A stretch of DNA of 64,000 nucleotides. Origin: an uncultured Candidatus Kuenenia sp. GTDB taxonomy: Bacteria > Planctomycetota > Planctomycetia > Pirellulales > UBA1268. Positions 18,520 to 27,969 of the stretch are shown one piece after another. The notes below the pieces were generated by a model. It was not told the origin of the DNA and did not search any database. It saw only the letters and a list, made by a program, of their open reading frames with translations. The translations under genes and the position numbers were made by a program. The DNA lies in contig CAZJHQ010000005.1 in the NCBI GenBank assembly GCA_964545915.1, positions 29,374 through 93,373 on the forward strand, written 5' to 3'. Each line of letters starts with the position of its first letter. Within the stretch, counting starts at the first letter, position 1.

Positions 18520-21500
18520 ATGGTGACGCGCGTGTTCCCCCGATTCCTGGCGGCGGTCCTGCTCTCCGCCGCGACGATCCACGGCGCGGAGGTGGTCGAG
18601 GCCAAAGCGGGCGTGGCCATCCACGTCTGCGCCGGTTCGCCGCAACCCGCGCTCGACCTGGCTTCGACCGGGCGGTGGGTGGTGCAGTCGCTGTGCCCCA
18701 ACGCACGGACCACCGCCATGGTTCGGGCCGCCTTCACCACCGCGGGCGTGTACGGCCTGGCGTCGGCCGATCATCGTGCGGATCTGCGGTCGCTTCCCTA
18801 TGCCCGCAGGGTGGCCAACACGCTGATCATCGACGATGTGCAGGAGGCGCAGTCGCGTGGGCTGGCATGGGCCGAGTGCCTGCGGGTCGTCGCGCCGCGG
18901 GGGACCATCCTGGTGGGCGGCGGCACGCTCGATCAGGTCAAGGCGCAGCTCGCTACGGCGGGGCTGACCGTGCAGGATGCAAAACAGGAGGGCGATCACG
19001 TGCGTGTCACGGCCGCATGGCCGGCGGACATGGATCAGTGGACGCACAGCCGCTACCGCGAGGCCGGCGGCCTGTCGATCTCGCGCGACGCGATCAATCC
19101 CCTCACGCAGAACCTCTGGCTCCAGTGGCTCGACGGCGAACAAGACCCCCAGGGCTCGCACGCCGCGATGGCCGCCCTGGTCAGCGCCGATGGGCGTTTC
19201 GTCTCGCTGGCGGGCTTCGAGGTCGCCGGGCTGATCCGCGAGGGCAGCTACTGGCACGCCGGGCCGCGGCAAATGTGGATGCTCTCGTGCCGTGACGCGT
19301 TCAACGGCACCCTGCAATGGCTCCGCCCGTGGAACGGCACGCACGCGAAGAGGGTCAAGCGGCCCTTGGCCATGGCGGGCGGGCGGATCTTCACCATCGA
19401 GGCGGGGCGTTTGACCGCCACGGATCTCCACGACGGCCGCATTCTCTACGCGGCGGAGGCGCCGGTGCAGTTTCACGAGCAGTCATGGCTGCACTGCAAC
19501 GCCACGGTGGCGGCGGTGCACGACCCGATCGCCAAGGTGCTGTACGTCTTCGATGCTGCGACCGGCAGGCAGCTGTGGCACGGACCGCAGGACGTGCGGT
19601 TTCCCGTCCTCCTCGACGGCGATCGCATCTATGCCTGCGTCGGCGCGGCCGCGGAAGGCCAGCCGGAACAGCCGGCGCGTCTGCTGGCCATGCGGGCGGC
19701 GAGCGGCGCGGAAATCTGGCGGAAATCGGCCCGGGAGTTCGGTGACGGGAAAGGACCGCTGACGCTTTCGGCAGCGGCGGACGGGCGGGTGCTGGCGACG
19801 GTTCCCCCCGGGGTCACGGCCGTCATCGACGGGGCGAGCGGCGACCTGCTGCACGCCTTCGACGCGGTGGCCGAGCACATCCTCAGCGACCGCATCCTGA
19901 TCGTCGAAAAGGCGGGGCGGACGTCGACGGGCGTGTTTTACGACATCGCCACGGGAAAACGGATCGGCACGGGTGCGGCACCGCACCCTAATATGTCGTT
20001 GGGGCTCTATGCCTGCGCCGAAGGCGCGTACACGGAAAAAATGCTGCTCGACCTGATGGCACCGGGCGGTGACCCTGCGCGGCGTGAAAAGACCCCGCTT
20101 CCCTTCCCCTATCTGGGAACGTCCCGCCCCCATGTGACGTGCATCTCGGGTGGCGGCGTGGCGCACGGCATGATCTATCAGCCCCAGCAGGGCTGCCGAT
20201 GCGGGCATTTCAGGGCCGGCCTCCGCGGCCTCTACGCGTTGGCGCCGGTCGACGTGCCGCCTCCGCAGAAGGCGTTCGAGGAGCCCGGCGAACTCGAGAA
20301 GGGGGAGGTGTTCGGCCAGGTCGATGCAACGCCAGAAGACGCCGGCGACTGGCCGATCCTGCGGGCGAATCCGACCCGCTCGTGCTCCACGTCCGCCGCG
20401 GCCGACCCGCGCGGCATTGCCTGGCGCACGCCGCTGGGCGTGCGGCCGGATGCCTGGATCGTCAAGAGCAGCTGGCGGGCCCAGCACAATCACAACCAGG
20501 TCATCAGCGCCCCGGTCGTGGCGGCGGGCAAGGTGTTCGTGAGCCTCATCGACGAGCACCAGGTCGTGGCGCTGGACGAGAAGAGTGGTGCAGTCGCCTG
20601 GCGGTACACGGCCGAATCGCGGATCGACTCGCCGCCGACGATTCATCGGGGGCTGTGCATGTTCGGCTCGCGTGGCGGCTGGGTCTACTGCCTTCGCGCG
20701 GCCGACGGTCGGCTGGCATGGCGGCGCCGCATCGCCCCGGCGGAGGAGCGGATCCTCGTCTACGGGCAGCTCGAATCCCGCTGGCCGGTGACCGGCACGA
20801 TCCTCGTCGATGGTGACCGCGGCTACGCCAACGCCGGGCACGATCCGGGCATGAACATCATGGTCTGGGAGTTCGAGCCGGCCACGGGCAAGACGATCGG
20901 CTACCGGCCGACGCGGCCGACGTATCCCAACGACATGCTCGTCAAGGGGGAGGACGGGATCTACCTGAACCGCAACGCCGTCGACGCCGCGGCCCCCACG
21001 ACCGGACCGCCCGGGTGGCTGGCCGCGCTGGCCCCCTACAACCCGCCGACAGCCATGCACCTGTGCGCCCTGGATACGCCGATCATCAGCGCCGCCGACA
21101 CGCTCTCGCTCAAGCCGCGCGGCGGCCTCTATCTTCGGCAGATCGCCGCCAATCGCTGGGCCTGGGATCAGGGACACATGATCGGCTTCACGGCCGCAGG
21201 TTACGGCAAGCCCATCAAGGCGATGCGGCCCGGCCTCGCGCCCGATGCCATCACCACGTCCGCCGTCTTCTGCCTCGATCCCGCCAGGCTGGATGGGAAG
21301 ACAAACGATGCGGTTCGCTGGCAGACGCCCGCCAAAGACGTGTGGGCCTTGGCCCTGGCGGGGCCACGGGTGATCGTCGCCGGGCCGCGCATCGATCGCC
21401 CCAAGCCCGGCTCGCGGCCGCCATCGCCGCCCCCCAGTGAGCCAACCCCCTTGCCCACCGGACGGCCCGCCGACGAGCTGTGGGATGATGCGGTGCTCTC

Positions 21501-21711
21501 GACGATGATGGGCCAATGGGTGGAGCGGCAGCAGGATCCGCTCGTCGCGCCGGGCTTCGTGCACGTGCTCGACGCCGCCGACGGCGGGCGTCTTGCCGAT
21601 ATCGATCTGCCCGCCGCGGTCGTCCAGGACGGCATCGCGGTCAGCCGCGGCCGCGTCTACGCGACCACCGCGGACGGGGCGGTGTGCTGCCTGCAGGGAT
21701 CGACGCCCTGA
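18520..21711 (+). CDS. Secreted giant: methyltransferase-like (degenerate) N-domain plus PQQ-like/BamB-like beta-propeller repeats
   Basis: Signal peptide MVTRVFPRFLAAVLLSAATIHG. Class-I MTase-like layout (IHVCAGS..DLAS..LIIDDV..LRVVAPRGTILV) lacking GxGxG. Repeated ..G..lW.. propeller strands (GRQLWHG, GAEIWRK, GAVAWRY, GRLAWRR). Confidence 0.7.
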   Translation: MVTRVFPRFLAAVLLSAATIHGAEVVEAKAGVAIHVCAGSPQPALDLASTGRWVVQSLCPNARTTAMVRAAFTTAGVYGLASADHRADLRSLPYARRVANTLIIDDVQEAQSRGLAWAECLRVVAPRGTILVGGGTLDQVKAQLATAGLTVQDAKQEGDHVRVTAAWPADMDQWTHSRYREAGGLSISRDAINPLTQNLWLQWLDGEQDPQGSHAAMAALVSADGRFVSLAGFEVAGLIREGSYWHAGPRQMWMLSCRDAFNGTLQWLRPWNGTHAKRVKRPLAMAGGRIFTIEAGRLTATDLHDGRILYAAEAPVQFHEQSWLHCNATVAAVHDPIAKVLYVFDAATGRQLWHGPQDVRFPVLLDGDRIYACVGAAAEGQPEQPARLLAMRAASGAEIWRKSAREFGDGKGPLTLSAAADGRVLATVPPGVTAVIDGASGDLLHAFDAVAEHILSDRILIVEKAGRTSTGVFYDIATGKRIGTGAAPHPNMSLGLYACAEGAYTEKMLLDLMAPGGDPARREKTPLPFPYLGTSRPHVTCISGGGVAHGMIYQPQQGCRCGHFRAGLRGLYALAPVDVPPPQKAFEEPGELEKGEVFGQVDATPEDAGDWPILRANPTRSCSTSAAADPRGIAWRTPLGVRPDAWIVKSSWRAQHNHNQVISAPVVAAGKVFVSLIDEHQVVALDEKSGAVAWRYTAESRIDSPPTIHRGLCMFGSRGGWVYCLRAADGRLAWRRRIAPAEERILVYGQLESRWPVTGTILVDGDRGYANAGHDPGMNIMVWEFEPATGKTIGYRPTRPTYPNDMLVKGEDGIYLNRNAVDAAAPTTGPPGWLAALAPYNPPTAMHLCALDTPIISAADTLSLKPRGGLYLRQIAANRWAWDQGHMIGFTAAGYGKPIKAMRPGLAPDAITTSAVFCLDPARLDGKTNDAVRWQTPAKDVWALALAGPRVIVAGPRIDRPKPGSRPPSPPPSEPTPLPTGRPADELWDDAVLSTMMGQWVERQQDPLVAPGFVHVLDAADGGRLADIDLPAAVVQDGIAVSRGRVYATTADGAVCCLQGSTP

Positions 21712-21896
21712 CGGCGGAACCGTTCAGGGCCGCTGATCGCGGGGGGCGGAATAGCGGCCGCCGTGGTGACAGATCTATCACCTGCTCGGCTGCCGTCCGC
21801 TGGATGCAATGCGCTCCCCGGCTCGTTCCCTGCCCCGCCGGCAACAACGGCTCGGCGGCGACGACCCGTCGGCACGGCCTCGTGGCCGTCTCACCC

Positions 21897-21931
21897 GAAT
21901 GATTCGATTTGTTCATTGCATGAATCATTTC
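21897..21931. promoter_or_regulatory. AT-rich inverted repeat upstream of the ADH-deoC-ADH-xylR-like operon (candidate operator)
   Basis: GAATGATTC-N16-GAATCATTTC with nested TTCAT-TGC-ATGAA, about 45 nt upstream of ATG 21974. It is the only AT-rich patch in this intergenic region. Confidence 0.3.
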
Positions 21932-21973
21932 ATGCTTGCCACCAGTCGGTCCTTCGGGTACGTTCCCTAGCCC

Positions 21974-23170
21974 ATGAACGACTCCGACACATTCTTCGTG
22001 AACTGGCCCGGGCGGATCGTCTTTGGCGCTGGCAGGCTCGCCAGCCTCGCCGAGGAATGCAAGCCGCTCGGCGGGCGGCACGTGCTCGTGGTCACGACCG
22101 AAGACCTCGTGCGACTCGGGGTCGTGGAACGGGCCGAGCGGATCCTCCGGGATGCCGGCTTCACGACGACCCGCTTCGCCGGCGTGCAGCCCGACCCGAC
22201 CTGCGACGACGTGGACCGCGCGGCGACCGAGGTCCGCCAGAGTGGCGTGGAGGTGATTGTGGCCCTCGGTGGCGGCAGCGCCATCGACTTCGCCAAGGCC
22301 CTCTCGGCGGCAGCGACCCACGACGGGCCGATCTGGGACTATGTCACCTACACCGGCGCAAGCGCCAAGCCGCTCACCGCCCCGCTTCTGCCGCTCGTCG
22401 CGATCCCCACCACCGCCGGCACCGGCTCGGAGGTGTCGCAGGGTGCGGTGCTCGACAACCCTCGCCTGGAAATGAAGGCGGCGCTGCTCACGCCGCGGAT
22501 GTATCCGCGGGTGGCGATCGTGGACCCCGAACTCACCCTCACGATGCCGCCGCGAACGACGGCCATGACCGGGTTCGACACGCTCACGCACGGCATCGAG
22601 TCGTTCCTGAACGTGGACCGCAGCACACCGGCCTCCGAACTCTTCGCCCTGGAGGCGGTCCGCCGCGTGGCGGCCCACCTGCCCACGGCGATCCGCGACG
22701 GCGGCAACCGCACGGCCCGCGCCGAAATGGCCTGGGCCGCCACCTGCGGGGGACTCGCCATCGGCCTGGCCAACGCCGCGGTCGCGCATGCCATGGCCCT
22801 GCCGCTCGGCGCCCGGCTGGGAACGCCGCACGGGCTGGCGCTGGCCCTCGTGCAACCCGTCGTGCTGGCGCACACCTGGGAGGCCCAGCCGGAACGCTGC
22901 GCGATGCTGGCGGAGGCCGTGGGGGCCGCCCGGCCCGGTATGAGCGTTCGCGACAAGGCCCGGTCGCTGGTTGACTGGATCGATCGGTTCGTGGCGGAGA
23001 TCGGCCTGGCTGGCCTGTGGAGCAACGCGGGCCTCGACCCGGCGCTGCCCGCCCGGCTGGCACAGGACGTCTTTGCCTACATGGGCCGCCCGGTGGCCCA
23101 ATACCGACCGGTGTTCGACGAGGCACAGATCAAGCGGATGTTCGAGCAGGCGCTGGGCTGCCCGGCTTAG
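21974..23170 (+). CDS. Iron-containing (group III) alcohol dehydrogenase
   Basis: 398 aa. GGGSAIDFAKA motif, His-rich metal site region (LTHGIES, AHAMALP). Confidence 0.9.
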   Translation: MNDSDTFFVNWPGRIVFGAGRLASLAEECKPLGGRHVLVVTTEDLVRLGVVERAERILRDAGFTTTRFAGVQPDPTCDDVDRAATEVRQSGVEVIVALGGGSAIDFAKALSAAATHDGPIWDYVTYTGASAKPLTAPLLPLVAIPTTAGTGSEVSQGAVLDNPRLEMKAALLTPRMYPRVAIVDPELTLTMPPRTTAMTGFDTLTHGIESFLNVDRSTPASELFALEAVRRVAAHLPTAIRDGGNRTARAEMAWAATCGGLAIGLANAAVAHAMALPLGARLGTPHGLALALVQPVVLAHTWEAQPERCAMLAEAVGAARPGMSVRDKARSLVDWIDRFVAEIGLAGLWSNAGLDPALPARLAQDVFAYMGRPVAQYRPVFDEAQIKRMFEQALGCPA

Positions 23171-23293
23171 CAGAATGTGGAACAAGTCTGCCCGAGCAGG
23201 ATGCGAGGAATGCCGACCGTGGAAACCCTCGGCGTTTCCACCGGTCGGCCAAGTGGACAAAGGCCATGGAGGGCTTTGTCCACGGACAACGAG
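23170..23293. repeat. Interspersed palindromic intergenic repeat, family A, copy 2
   Basis: Same orientation on the + strand as copy 1 (14161-14284). Lies between the ADH stop and the deoC start. Confidence 0.85.
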
Positions 23294-23338
23294 CCACCGG
23301 CACCAGACACGGAACTACGTACAGAAACGGAGCGAAGC

Positions 23339-24028
23339 GTGAAGACGACGGCCACCCAGATCAAGCAGTCCCTCGACGTGGCGATCCTCAAGCCGACGAC
23401 CACGGAGGCGGAGATCGAGACCCTGGCCGCGACCCTGCGGGAGGAGGGCTTCCGCTACCTGTGCGTGAACTCCCTGCACACGGCCACGGCGGCCCGGGCG
23501 GTGAAGGGCTCGAAGGTCGAGGTCGTGGCCTGCGTGGGGTTTCCGCACGGCACGGTGAAGACGGCCGCCAAGGTCTTCGAGACCGAAGCGGCCGTTGCCG
23601 AGGGGGCCGACGAGATCGACATGGTGCTCGATCTGGGCGGCCTGTTCGCCGGCAATCGCAAGCGGGTCGAGGCGGACGTGCGGGCCGTGGTCACGGCGGC
23701 CCAGGGGCGGCCAGTGAAGGTGATCATCGAGACGCCCTTCCTCGACATGCGGCAGAAGATCGAGGCCTCGAAGATCGTCCGCGACGGCGGAGCGGCGTTC
23801 GTCAAGACCTGCACGGGCGCGAGCCCCGATCCGCTGGCCCTCTACGAGGACGTGCGGCTCATCCGCCGCACCGTCGGGCCGAAGATGGGCATCAAGGCCT
23901 CCGGCCGTGTCGGCAACTTCTTCCGCTACATGAGCATGCTCGAGGCCGGGGCGACGCGGGTCGGGCTGGTGCTCGATCAGGCTCGTGAGATCCTCCGCGG
24001 CTGCGCCGAGCACAAGGGCAAGCTATGA
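23339..24028 (+). CDS. deoC: Deoxyribose-phosphate aldolase
   Basis: DeoC-like layout (DVAILKP, VGFPHG, EIDMV, VKVIIET, Schiff-base Lys context FVKTCTG). GTG 23339 has GGAG 6 nt upstream. The track start at 23177 reads through the repeat. Confidence 0.85.
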   Translation: MKTTATQIKQSLDVAILKPTTTEAEIETLAATLREEGFRYLCVNSLHTATAARAVKGSKVEVVACVGFPHGTVKTAAKVFETEAAVAEGADEIDMVLDLGGLFAGNRKRVEADVRAVVTAAQGRPVKVIIETPFLDMRQKIEASKIVRDGGAAFVKTCTGASPDPLALYEDVRLIRRTVGPKMGIKASGRVGNFFRYMSMLEAGATRVGLVLDQAREILRGCAEHKGKL

Positions 24029-25194
24029 ACGCGATGACGCCGTGGACCCTGCGGATGCCTGTGCCCGTGGAGTTCGGGACAGGCGCGCTCGAACGGCTGC
24101 CGGCATTCATGCCCGGCCTGCGGCGGGCGCTGATCGTCACCGGCCGTCAGGCCATGAAGCGGGCCGGAGTGACCGCCCGTCTCGAGGCCGTGCTCGACGC
24201 CGCGGGCATCGCCCATGCGGTGTTCGACGGGCTCTCGGCCGAGCCGGAGTACGCCGAGATCGAGGCCGCCGGTCGCGCCGCGCGGGAGATGGCCGCCGAC
24301 GTCGTCATCGGGTGCGGCGGCGGCAGCGCCATCGACGCGGCCAAGGCCGTGGGTGTGGCGGCCACGCATCCTGGGCCGATCATGGACTACATCGTCAACG
24401 GACCGCGGCCGATCACCGCCACCACCCTGCCGACCATCGCCATCAGTTCCACCTCCGGCACAGGCAGTCACGTCGGCCGGGTGGCCGTGCTCTCCGACCG
24501 CGCGCGGGGCATCAAGCGGGCGCTGATCTCCGACCATCTCTATCCCCGGGCCGCCATCTGCGACCCCGAGATCCTGCGGACGATGCCCCGCGAGGTGACC
24601 GCCTGCACCGGCTTCGACGCCTTCGCCCAGGCGCTCGAGGGCTTCCTCTCGCGGTCCGAGAATCCGCTCGGCAACCTCTGCGCCGAGGAGGCGATGCGGA
24701 TCGTCTACCACACGCTGCCGGAGGTGCTCGAGCGGCCCGACGATCTCGAACTCCGCAACCGGATGGCCTGGGCCGACACGCTGGCCGGCATCTCGCTGGC
24801 CGCCAACGCGATCGTCATCCCGCACGTCATCGCGATGGTGCTCGGCGGACGGTACTCAATCGTCCATGGCCGTGCGATCGCGACGGTCACCGTGGCCTGC
24901 CTGCGGCACTCGCGGCCCGGTGCAGTCAGCAAGTTGTCGCACATCGCCGGCCTGTTGGGCTGCCGCGACGAGACCGACGACGCGCGGGCCGACTGGGCCA
25001 TCCAGGCGATCGCCGACTTCATCGCCCGGATCGGGCTGCGGAAAAACGTCCTCGAATACGGCGTCCCCGCGGCCGACTTCGACGCGATCGGATCGGAAGT
25101 GCGGGCGGACTTCGGCGTCCGCGTGGACGCGGATCCCGTGCCGACGGATGCCGCCGGCCTGGCGGATATCCTCCGGGCGTCGGTGGCGTGCTAG
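24025..25194 (+). CDS. Iron-containing (group III) alcohol dehydrogenase, second copy
   Basis: 389 aa, GGGSAIDAAKA. ATGA overlap with the deoC stop (24025-24028). Confidence 0.9.
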   Translation: MNAMTPWTLRMPVPVEFGTGALERLPAFMPGLRRALIVTGRQAMKRAGVTARLEAVLDAAGIAHAVFDGLSAEPEYAEIEAAGRAAREMAADVVIGCGGGSAIDAAKAVGVAATHPGPIMDYIVNGPRPITATTLPTIAISSTSGTGSHVGRVAVLSDRARGIKRALISDHLYPRAAICDPEILRTMPREVTACTGFDAFAQALEGFLSRSENPLGNLCAEEAMRIVYHTLPEVLERPDDLELRNRMAWADTLAGISLAANAIVIPHVIAMVLGGRYSIVHGRAIATVTVACLRHSRPGAVSKLSHIAGLLGCRDETDDARADWAIQAIADFIARIGLRKNVLEYGVPAADFDAIGSEVRADFGVRVDADPVPTDAAGLADILRASVAC

Positions 25195-25215
25195 AACGGC
25201 CCGGGGATTCCCACC

Positions 25216-26409
25216 ATGGCCGACCGCCGCATCGCCTTGCTCGTCGAAACGTCGCACGCCTCGGCCCGCGAGGCGCTCCGCGGCATCCTCGCCTTCGTCG
25301 CGGAAAGCGGCGTCCGCTGGCAGCTCGACCACGAGCCGCGACGGCTGGAGAACGGGCCGCCGCCGTGGCTCCGGCGGTGGCAGGGCGACGGCATCATCGC
25401 CCGCTCCCACTGCCCGAAGGCGATGGCGGCCGTCGTCGCATCGAACGTGCCGGCCGTGGAGCTGCTCGGCGTGGCCCGCCATCCCTCCGTGCCGCTCGTG
25501 GTGTGCGACGAGCGGGCCGCGGGGCGGCTGGCCGTCGATCACCTTTTGATCTGCGGCCTGCGGTCGTTCGCCTTCGTGGGGGCGAAGGGGATGTACTGGT
25601 CGGACAACCGCCGGGCGGCATTCCGCGCGGCCCTCGAGGCGGGAGGGCATAGCTGCCACGTCTTCGAGTTTCCGCAGCACCAGCGGCTGGCCGTGCCTCC
25701 CGAGGCGCGGCTGCGCCGGCTGTCGGCCTGGCTGCGGCGGCTGCCGCGACCCGTGGGCATCATGGCGGCCAACGACCAGTACGCCGGGTTCACGACGGCC
25801 GCCTGCCGCATCGCGGGCATCGACGTGCCCGACGAGGCGGCCGTCATCGGCGTGGACAACGACGAGGTGTTTTGCGAACTGGCGGCCCCGCCGATCACGA
25901 GCGTCATCGCCGACCACTTCACGATCGGCTTCGAGGCCGCCAAGCTCCTTGCCGCCGTCATGGACGGCCGGGGACCACGGCGACCATCCGCCGGCCGGAG
26001 CGCGACGGCGGCCGACTGGGTGGCGATGGAAGTGCCTCCGCGGGGCATCGTAGCGCGGCGGAGCACCGACTTCCAGTCCGCTGCCGACGCCGACGTGGCC
26101 GCGGCCCTGCGGCTCATCCGCGACCACTTTCACGGCCCGCTGACGGTCGGCGACGTCGCCGCGCGGCTCGACGTGTCACGGTCGACGCTCGTCCGCCGCT
26201 TCAAGGCGGTGCTCGGCCACGGCTTCCACGACGAGCTCGTCACGGCCCGGGTGCGGGAGGCGAAGCGGCTTCTGGCCGGCAGCGACCTGGCGATCGAGAC
26301 GGTGGCGGCCCGCAGCGGGTTCGGCTACCCGCAGCAGATGAACCGCGTGTTCCGCGGCCGACTGGGGGTCTCGCCCGCGGCGTATCGGGCCGCCCATCGC
26401 GACCGCTGA
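25216..26409 (+). CDS. XylR-like transcriptional regulator (sugar-binding-like domain + AraC-type HTH)
   Basis: N-terminal periplasmic-binding-protein-like fold (IALLVE..GIIA..VGIMAANDQ..IGVDND). C-terminal AraC HTH (LTVGDVAARLDVSRSTLVRRFK ... IETVAARSGFGYPQQMNRVFR). Confidence 0.85.
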   Translation: MADRRIALLVETSHASAREALRGILAFVAESGVRWQLDHEPRRLENGPPPWLRRWQGDGIIARSHCPKAMAAVVASNVPAVELLGVARHPSVPLVVCDERAAGRLAVDHLLICGLRSFAFVGAKGMYWSDNRRAAFRAALEAGGHSCHVFEFPQHQRLAVPPEARLRRLSAWLRRLPRPVGIMAANDQYAGFTTAACRIAGIDVPDEAAVIGVDNDEVFCELAAPPITSVIADHFTIGFEAAKLLAAVMDGRGPRRPSAGRSATAADWVAMEVPPRGIVARRSTDFQSAADADVAAALRLIRDHFHGPLTVGDVAARLDVSRSTLVRRFKAVLGHGFHDELVTARVREAKRLLAGSDLAIETVAARSGFGYPQQMNRVFRGRLGVSPAAYRAAHRDR

Positions 26410-26579
26410 ACCCGGCGCCCGCGGCGTGCCAGCCGCCCAATCGGTTCCGCTGAAAGCGGATCGGTCAGCCCGCAGGGAACATGCGGGCGAGAGGACATCG
26501 AGATCCCCGCCAGCCGGGGCAGCGGGCCGCTGACGCATCGCCCCGTCGCGTGGCCCGACCTTCGGCGCACGGCCCCGAC

Positions 26580-27155
26580 TCAACCGGCCGCGAGGCACGA
26601 CCGCACGATCGTGTGCACCTGGCCACAGGGACCGCGATCGCTGCGGTACACATGAAACCGGTCCACGGCCACCTCGAGCGGTTCGAGCTCCGCCGCCTCC
26701 CGCAGAAACCCCTCGACCGCACCGCGGCCGGCCTGCCGTTCCAGGCGGGCGAGCGTCACGTGCGGTAGGTAAGGCCGCGGCTCGACGGTCTCCCCGTGTC
26801 GTACGAGGGCCTCACCGAGCGCCGCGTGCAGATCGGAGAGGCCGCGGCTCTCGCGAACGCCGACCCAGAGCACGGCCGCCGGCCCCCGCGGCGGGAACCG
26901 TCCGCCCCCCGCGAGCACGAGCGGAAACCCGCGCCACATCACGCCGCCGAGGCCGGCGGCGAGCGGATCGACGGCCGCCGCCGCCACCGCACCGAGAAAG
27001 TGGAGCGTGAGGTGCACCTGGCCGACCGCGACCCGCCGCACGCCCGGGGCGACGGGCACGAGCGCAAGCAGCCGCCGCTGCACCTCGGGCGGGACATCGA
27101 TGGCCACGAACAGCCGCACCAGCGCCGCGTCCGCGTTCGCCCCCGCGTCGCTCAC
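26580..27155 (-). CDS. thpR: RNA 2',3'-cyclic phosphodiesterase (2H family, LigT/ThpR)
   Basis: Two H-x-T-x motifs (VHLTLHFLG and PHVTLARL). 191 aa. Confidence 0.85.
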   Translation of the reverse strand: MSDAGANADAALVRLFVAIDVPPEVQRRLLALVPVAPGVRRVAVGQVHLTLHFLGAVAAAAVDPLAAGLGGVMWRGFPLVLAGGGRFPPRGPAAVLWVGVRESRGLSDLHAALGEALVRHGETVEPRPYLPHVTLARLERQAGRGAVEGFLREAAELEPLEVAVDRFHVYRSDRGPCGQVHTIVRSCLAAG

Positions 27156-27562
27156 GACCCGTCACCTGCCAGCGGCGCGGCATCGGCCTCGAGGGTAGAC
27201 AGGCCGTTTCTCGAGAACTGGCCTTTGCAGCCGGCCAGCGATTTGGCCGTCTTGGCATCTCGTGAAGAAAGTCTATTCAGTTCAAGGAACTGCCCCGTGA
27301 ACGTTGCCAGTTTCGCGGCAGTGGCAGCCGAGAGCGACGTGAGACCACGCAGCGACAGCCCATTCGCACCGCGAAGAAGCGAGTCCTTCACCCTGAACTC
27401 CGCAACAAGACTCTTGGTTCGCTCAGCCGAGAGCGATTGGATTGGGGTGACTTCTGCAGAAACTTCTTCAGCCAGCGAGGGAGGGAGGCCTGGAAATGCT
27501 CCGGGCAGCAGCAGGGCAACGACAAAGAGCACCGCGCGGCTGAGCTTCATGGCGAGCAGCAT
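27152..27562 (-). CDS. Small secreted hypothetical protein with leucine-rich LS/LT repeats
   Basis: Signal peptide MKLSRAVLFVVALLLPGA. Repeated GLSLRGLTSLSAATAAKLA-like units. Visibly lower GC than the flanks. 4-nt overlap with the thpR start. Confidence 0.55.
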   Translation of the reverse strand: MLLAMKLSRAVLFVVALLLPGAFPGLPPSLAEEVSAEVTPIQSLSAERTKSLVAEFRVKDSLLRGANGLSLRGLTSLSAATAAKLATFTGQFLELNRLSSRDAKTAKSLAGCKGQFSRNGLSTLEADAAPLAGDGS

Positions 27563-27875
27563 GGTTGTCGGTCGGGATAGAGAGGTTGCTTCCGGGCGAG
27601 CAACGGCTTCACCAAGAGCTGCCTGGGTCCGGAGGAAGCCGGGGTTTGCCGCACGTCGGAGATCAGCGGTTCGCGACCAAGGGATTATTCACACCACCGG
27701 ATTTTATCACGCGTCCGCTGCCGCGGTTCGTTCGGCAACGAACCGCCGGCATCCCCGCCTGGAGCCTGCGAAGCTCGTGACGGAGCGCCGTCATGGTTGG
27801 TGGAACTTCGAGCACCGAACGTCGGCATCGCCAACTCGTTCGCTTCGGTCCGCGCACGCCCCGGGGAGTGGGCCC

Positions 27876-27903
27876 TTGACAGAAAAGTGGACATCTGTAT
27901 ACA
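27876..27903 (+). promoter_or_regulatory. Sigma-70-like promoter candidate upstream of comM/yifB
   Basis: TTGACA-16 nt-TATACA, about 65 nt upstream of ATG 27970. Consensus match only. Confidence 0.3.
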
Positions 27904-27969
27904 CCTATCGCTGACGGTCGTTGTTTCACCTATTCGCAGCCGCTTCCCACATCACGAAAGGACCGCGTC

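Noticed and set aside
21641-23260. 539-aa minus-strand ORF sharing the peptide WPTGGN..SSHPARADLF with the N-terminus of track ORF 12950-14365
   Set aside because: The shared peptide comes from translating the family A DNA repeat. The ORF is antisense to a clear iron-ADH gene, so this is not a protein family.
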